Source: Dicyema japonicum (Eukaryota > Animalia > Dicyemida). From it: a DNA stretch of 64,000 nucleotides. The translations under genes were made by a program, and so were the position numbers. A model generated the notes under the pieces. The model made no database searches. It worked only from the letters and a program-made list of their open reading frames with translations, and had not been told where the DNA came from. Positions 62,180 through 64,000 of the stretch are shown here, piece after piece (positions within the stretch are counted from its first letter, which is position 1; each line of letters opens with the position of its first letter). Location of the stretch: assembly GCA_011109175.1 (NCBI GenBank), contig RDEW01000027.1:1-64000 (forward strand), in the 5' to 3' direction.

Positions 62180-62950
62180 TATTTGATTGAATATTTGAAG
62201 TGATTTCCGTGTTTATCTCTTCTTGATCCCACTCAGGTTGTCTTATGTCTTGCAGAATATTTAAATGCTGTATTTCTGATGAATAGGTCAAAAGACGAGC
62301 AGAATTGGACTAGTGATTCGCCAATTCCTGTCATGAGATCTTATCTAGTACTCATCAAGTATTGCTTCTCCAGTACTGGCATTCCAATCACCAGCAATTA
62401 ATATGAGGTAAGACTAAGAAATAAAATTGAACGTTTCAGCTACAGTTGAGTATAAACTCTCTTGTTCTTAGAAGTTGGATGAAACTCTGACTCCTGTTAA
62501 GGCATAACATTCATTATAGAAATGACAGAATTCAGTTTATTCCCGCATCTGATTTTCATAACAGCAACTCGATGACCAGATTCGAGTTACATGACTGTAA
62601 AGACTGTGATGGATAACTAATCCAAGTCCATGGTATCTACATGGTGTTGGGAGTGTAATTTTGTAGTAATCATTATACCTTTTGGTGCAGTGTTCTGCAG
62701 TTTTCGTTTTTTGTAGACAACAGATTTATTACTGGAGAGATCTCGTTAAGTTAGTATTTTTTAAGGGTACAATTCATTCTTGCAAGGAACAATGTGGATC
62801 TTGTGAATGAACGCCTCCATTCCAAAGAGTACGACCTCTATTCCAAAGAGTTGGAGTGATACATCATGGGATGGTCATATTGCCTCGGTAGTACTCACCT
62901 GAGCTGATCGTGTGACAGCACATTCCTGTCAGTCATTGAAAATCAATTAT
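62180..62950 (-). mobile_element. RTE-like APE endonuclease remnant
   Basis: LIAGDWNASTG, DLFIRNTAFKYSARHKTT motifs. Confidence 0.6.
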
Positions 62951-63301
62951 TCAATCGCTGTTAATAAAGAAAACTTTGGAGAGTATGAGTGTTTCATATA
63001 GAAACCAAGTCGATCCTTAATGAAGGGATCGGTGAGATCCATCCCCCATTAGATAGCAAAGAATTCCTTGAGGATAGCACAGGAAGGCTATTGGGTTTTT
63101 CAAAGTTGAATATGAGGAGGTAGTGTGTCGTGATGAAATGATCAAACCACATTACTGATCAAAAAGGAAACTTCTACCTTAGAAAATATTTTAATTTTTG
63201 AATTGAGTGTTCTATCAAAAAAAGTAATATTTTATTTAAAAATAATTATTTTTAAGAAAACATTTAAATTCAAATTTGAATTGACTAAATAACTCGAATT
63301 A

Positions 63302-64000
63302 ATGCACCCTATGCTTCGTACAATATTAAGGAATCATTCATCATCAATTCACGGCCAAACCGAATCAATATTCCGCCAAGTAAACCAAATTTGGCTATAA
63401 AGCTTTTCGATCGTGTGAGCTGCACTTACACCTACATAATTGGAGATCCAAAATCGAGGTCAGCGATCATAATCGATCCTGTTCTCGAGAACGTGGACAG
63501 AGATGAAACAATTCTCAAACAACTCAATCTTGACTTAAAATATGCAAGTTCTAGTGTACTAATATGCAGTAAACACGCACGTGCACGCTGACCATGTGAC
63601 CGGCAGTGGCCTCCTTAAACAGCGCTTTTCTCACTGTAAAAGTGTCCTCAGCCAGGAAAGCCAGGCGAAGGTTGACATGACAACAAGAGATGGTGACATT
63701 TTACATTTTGGGGACGACTCGGTACAGCTGATTTCCACGCCTGGTCACACTCCGGGTAACGAACGTAAGTTAGCTAGGGTGTACCTCTATTGTGTGGCAA
63801 CGTGGGCGGAGTGCATTTACGGGGGATTGTCTCCTCATTAGAGGATGCGGCAGAACCGACTTCCAACAAGGAAACTCGGAGAAACTTTATAATTCAGTCC
63901 ACAAAAGACTGTACATCCTGCCACGTGATTATTTAGTCTTCCCAGCTCACGACTATAAGGGTCTACGTGTGTGCATATTTTAGGACATTGTGTGTCGACT
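63302..64000 (+). CDS. ETHE1: Persulfide dioxygenase (metallo-beta-lactamase fold), runs off the window
   Basis: [70 protein letters not shown]; introns of 23, 22, 22 and 23 nt. Confidence 0.95.

Overview
Eukaryotic (metazoan) AT-rich genomic DNA; I found no prokaryotic features and no CRISPR. About a dozen compact host genes are split by ultra-short spliceosomal introns (about 20-29 nt, mostly GT-AG, two GC-AG), which is why the ORF track shows them only as fragments. By manual splicing they are: p24/TMED, a cupin-only CENP-C-like gene, CLHC1-like, a RhoGAP, gamma-SNAP, guanylate kinase, synaptophysin-like, CCDC34, CENP-L, ESF1, an intronless Kv1/Shaker channel and ETHE1, plus one tRNA-Leu(CAA). 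Intergenic space is filled with decayed mobile elements: non-LTR retrotransposons (CRE-like, R4/Dong-like, RTE-like, and an APE-RT Jockey/I/Ingi-group family called LINE-D here), two SINE-like families, and DNA transposons (hAT, pogo/Tigger, Merlin/IS1016, Ginger-like integrase). Intron size plus animal- and cilium-associated genes fits a dicyemid-type parasite; this is inference and is not proven. The assembly has homopolymer indels and N-joined duplicated contig ends. The most interesting items are the stand-alone CENP-C cupin gene, a PHD finger fused to a CRE-clade ORF, a covarying 3-prime hairpin shared by LINE-D and a non-tRNA SINE, and a Kv1 with two S4 gating arginines neutralised. All homology calls come from recalled motifs, not database searches, and TE boundaries are approximate.
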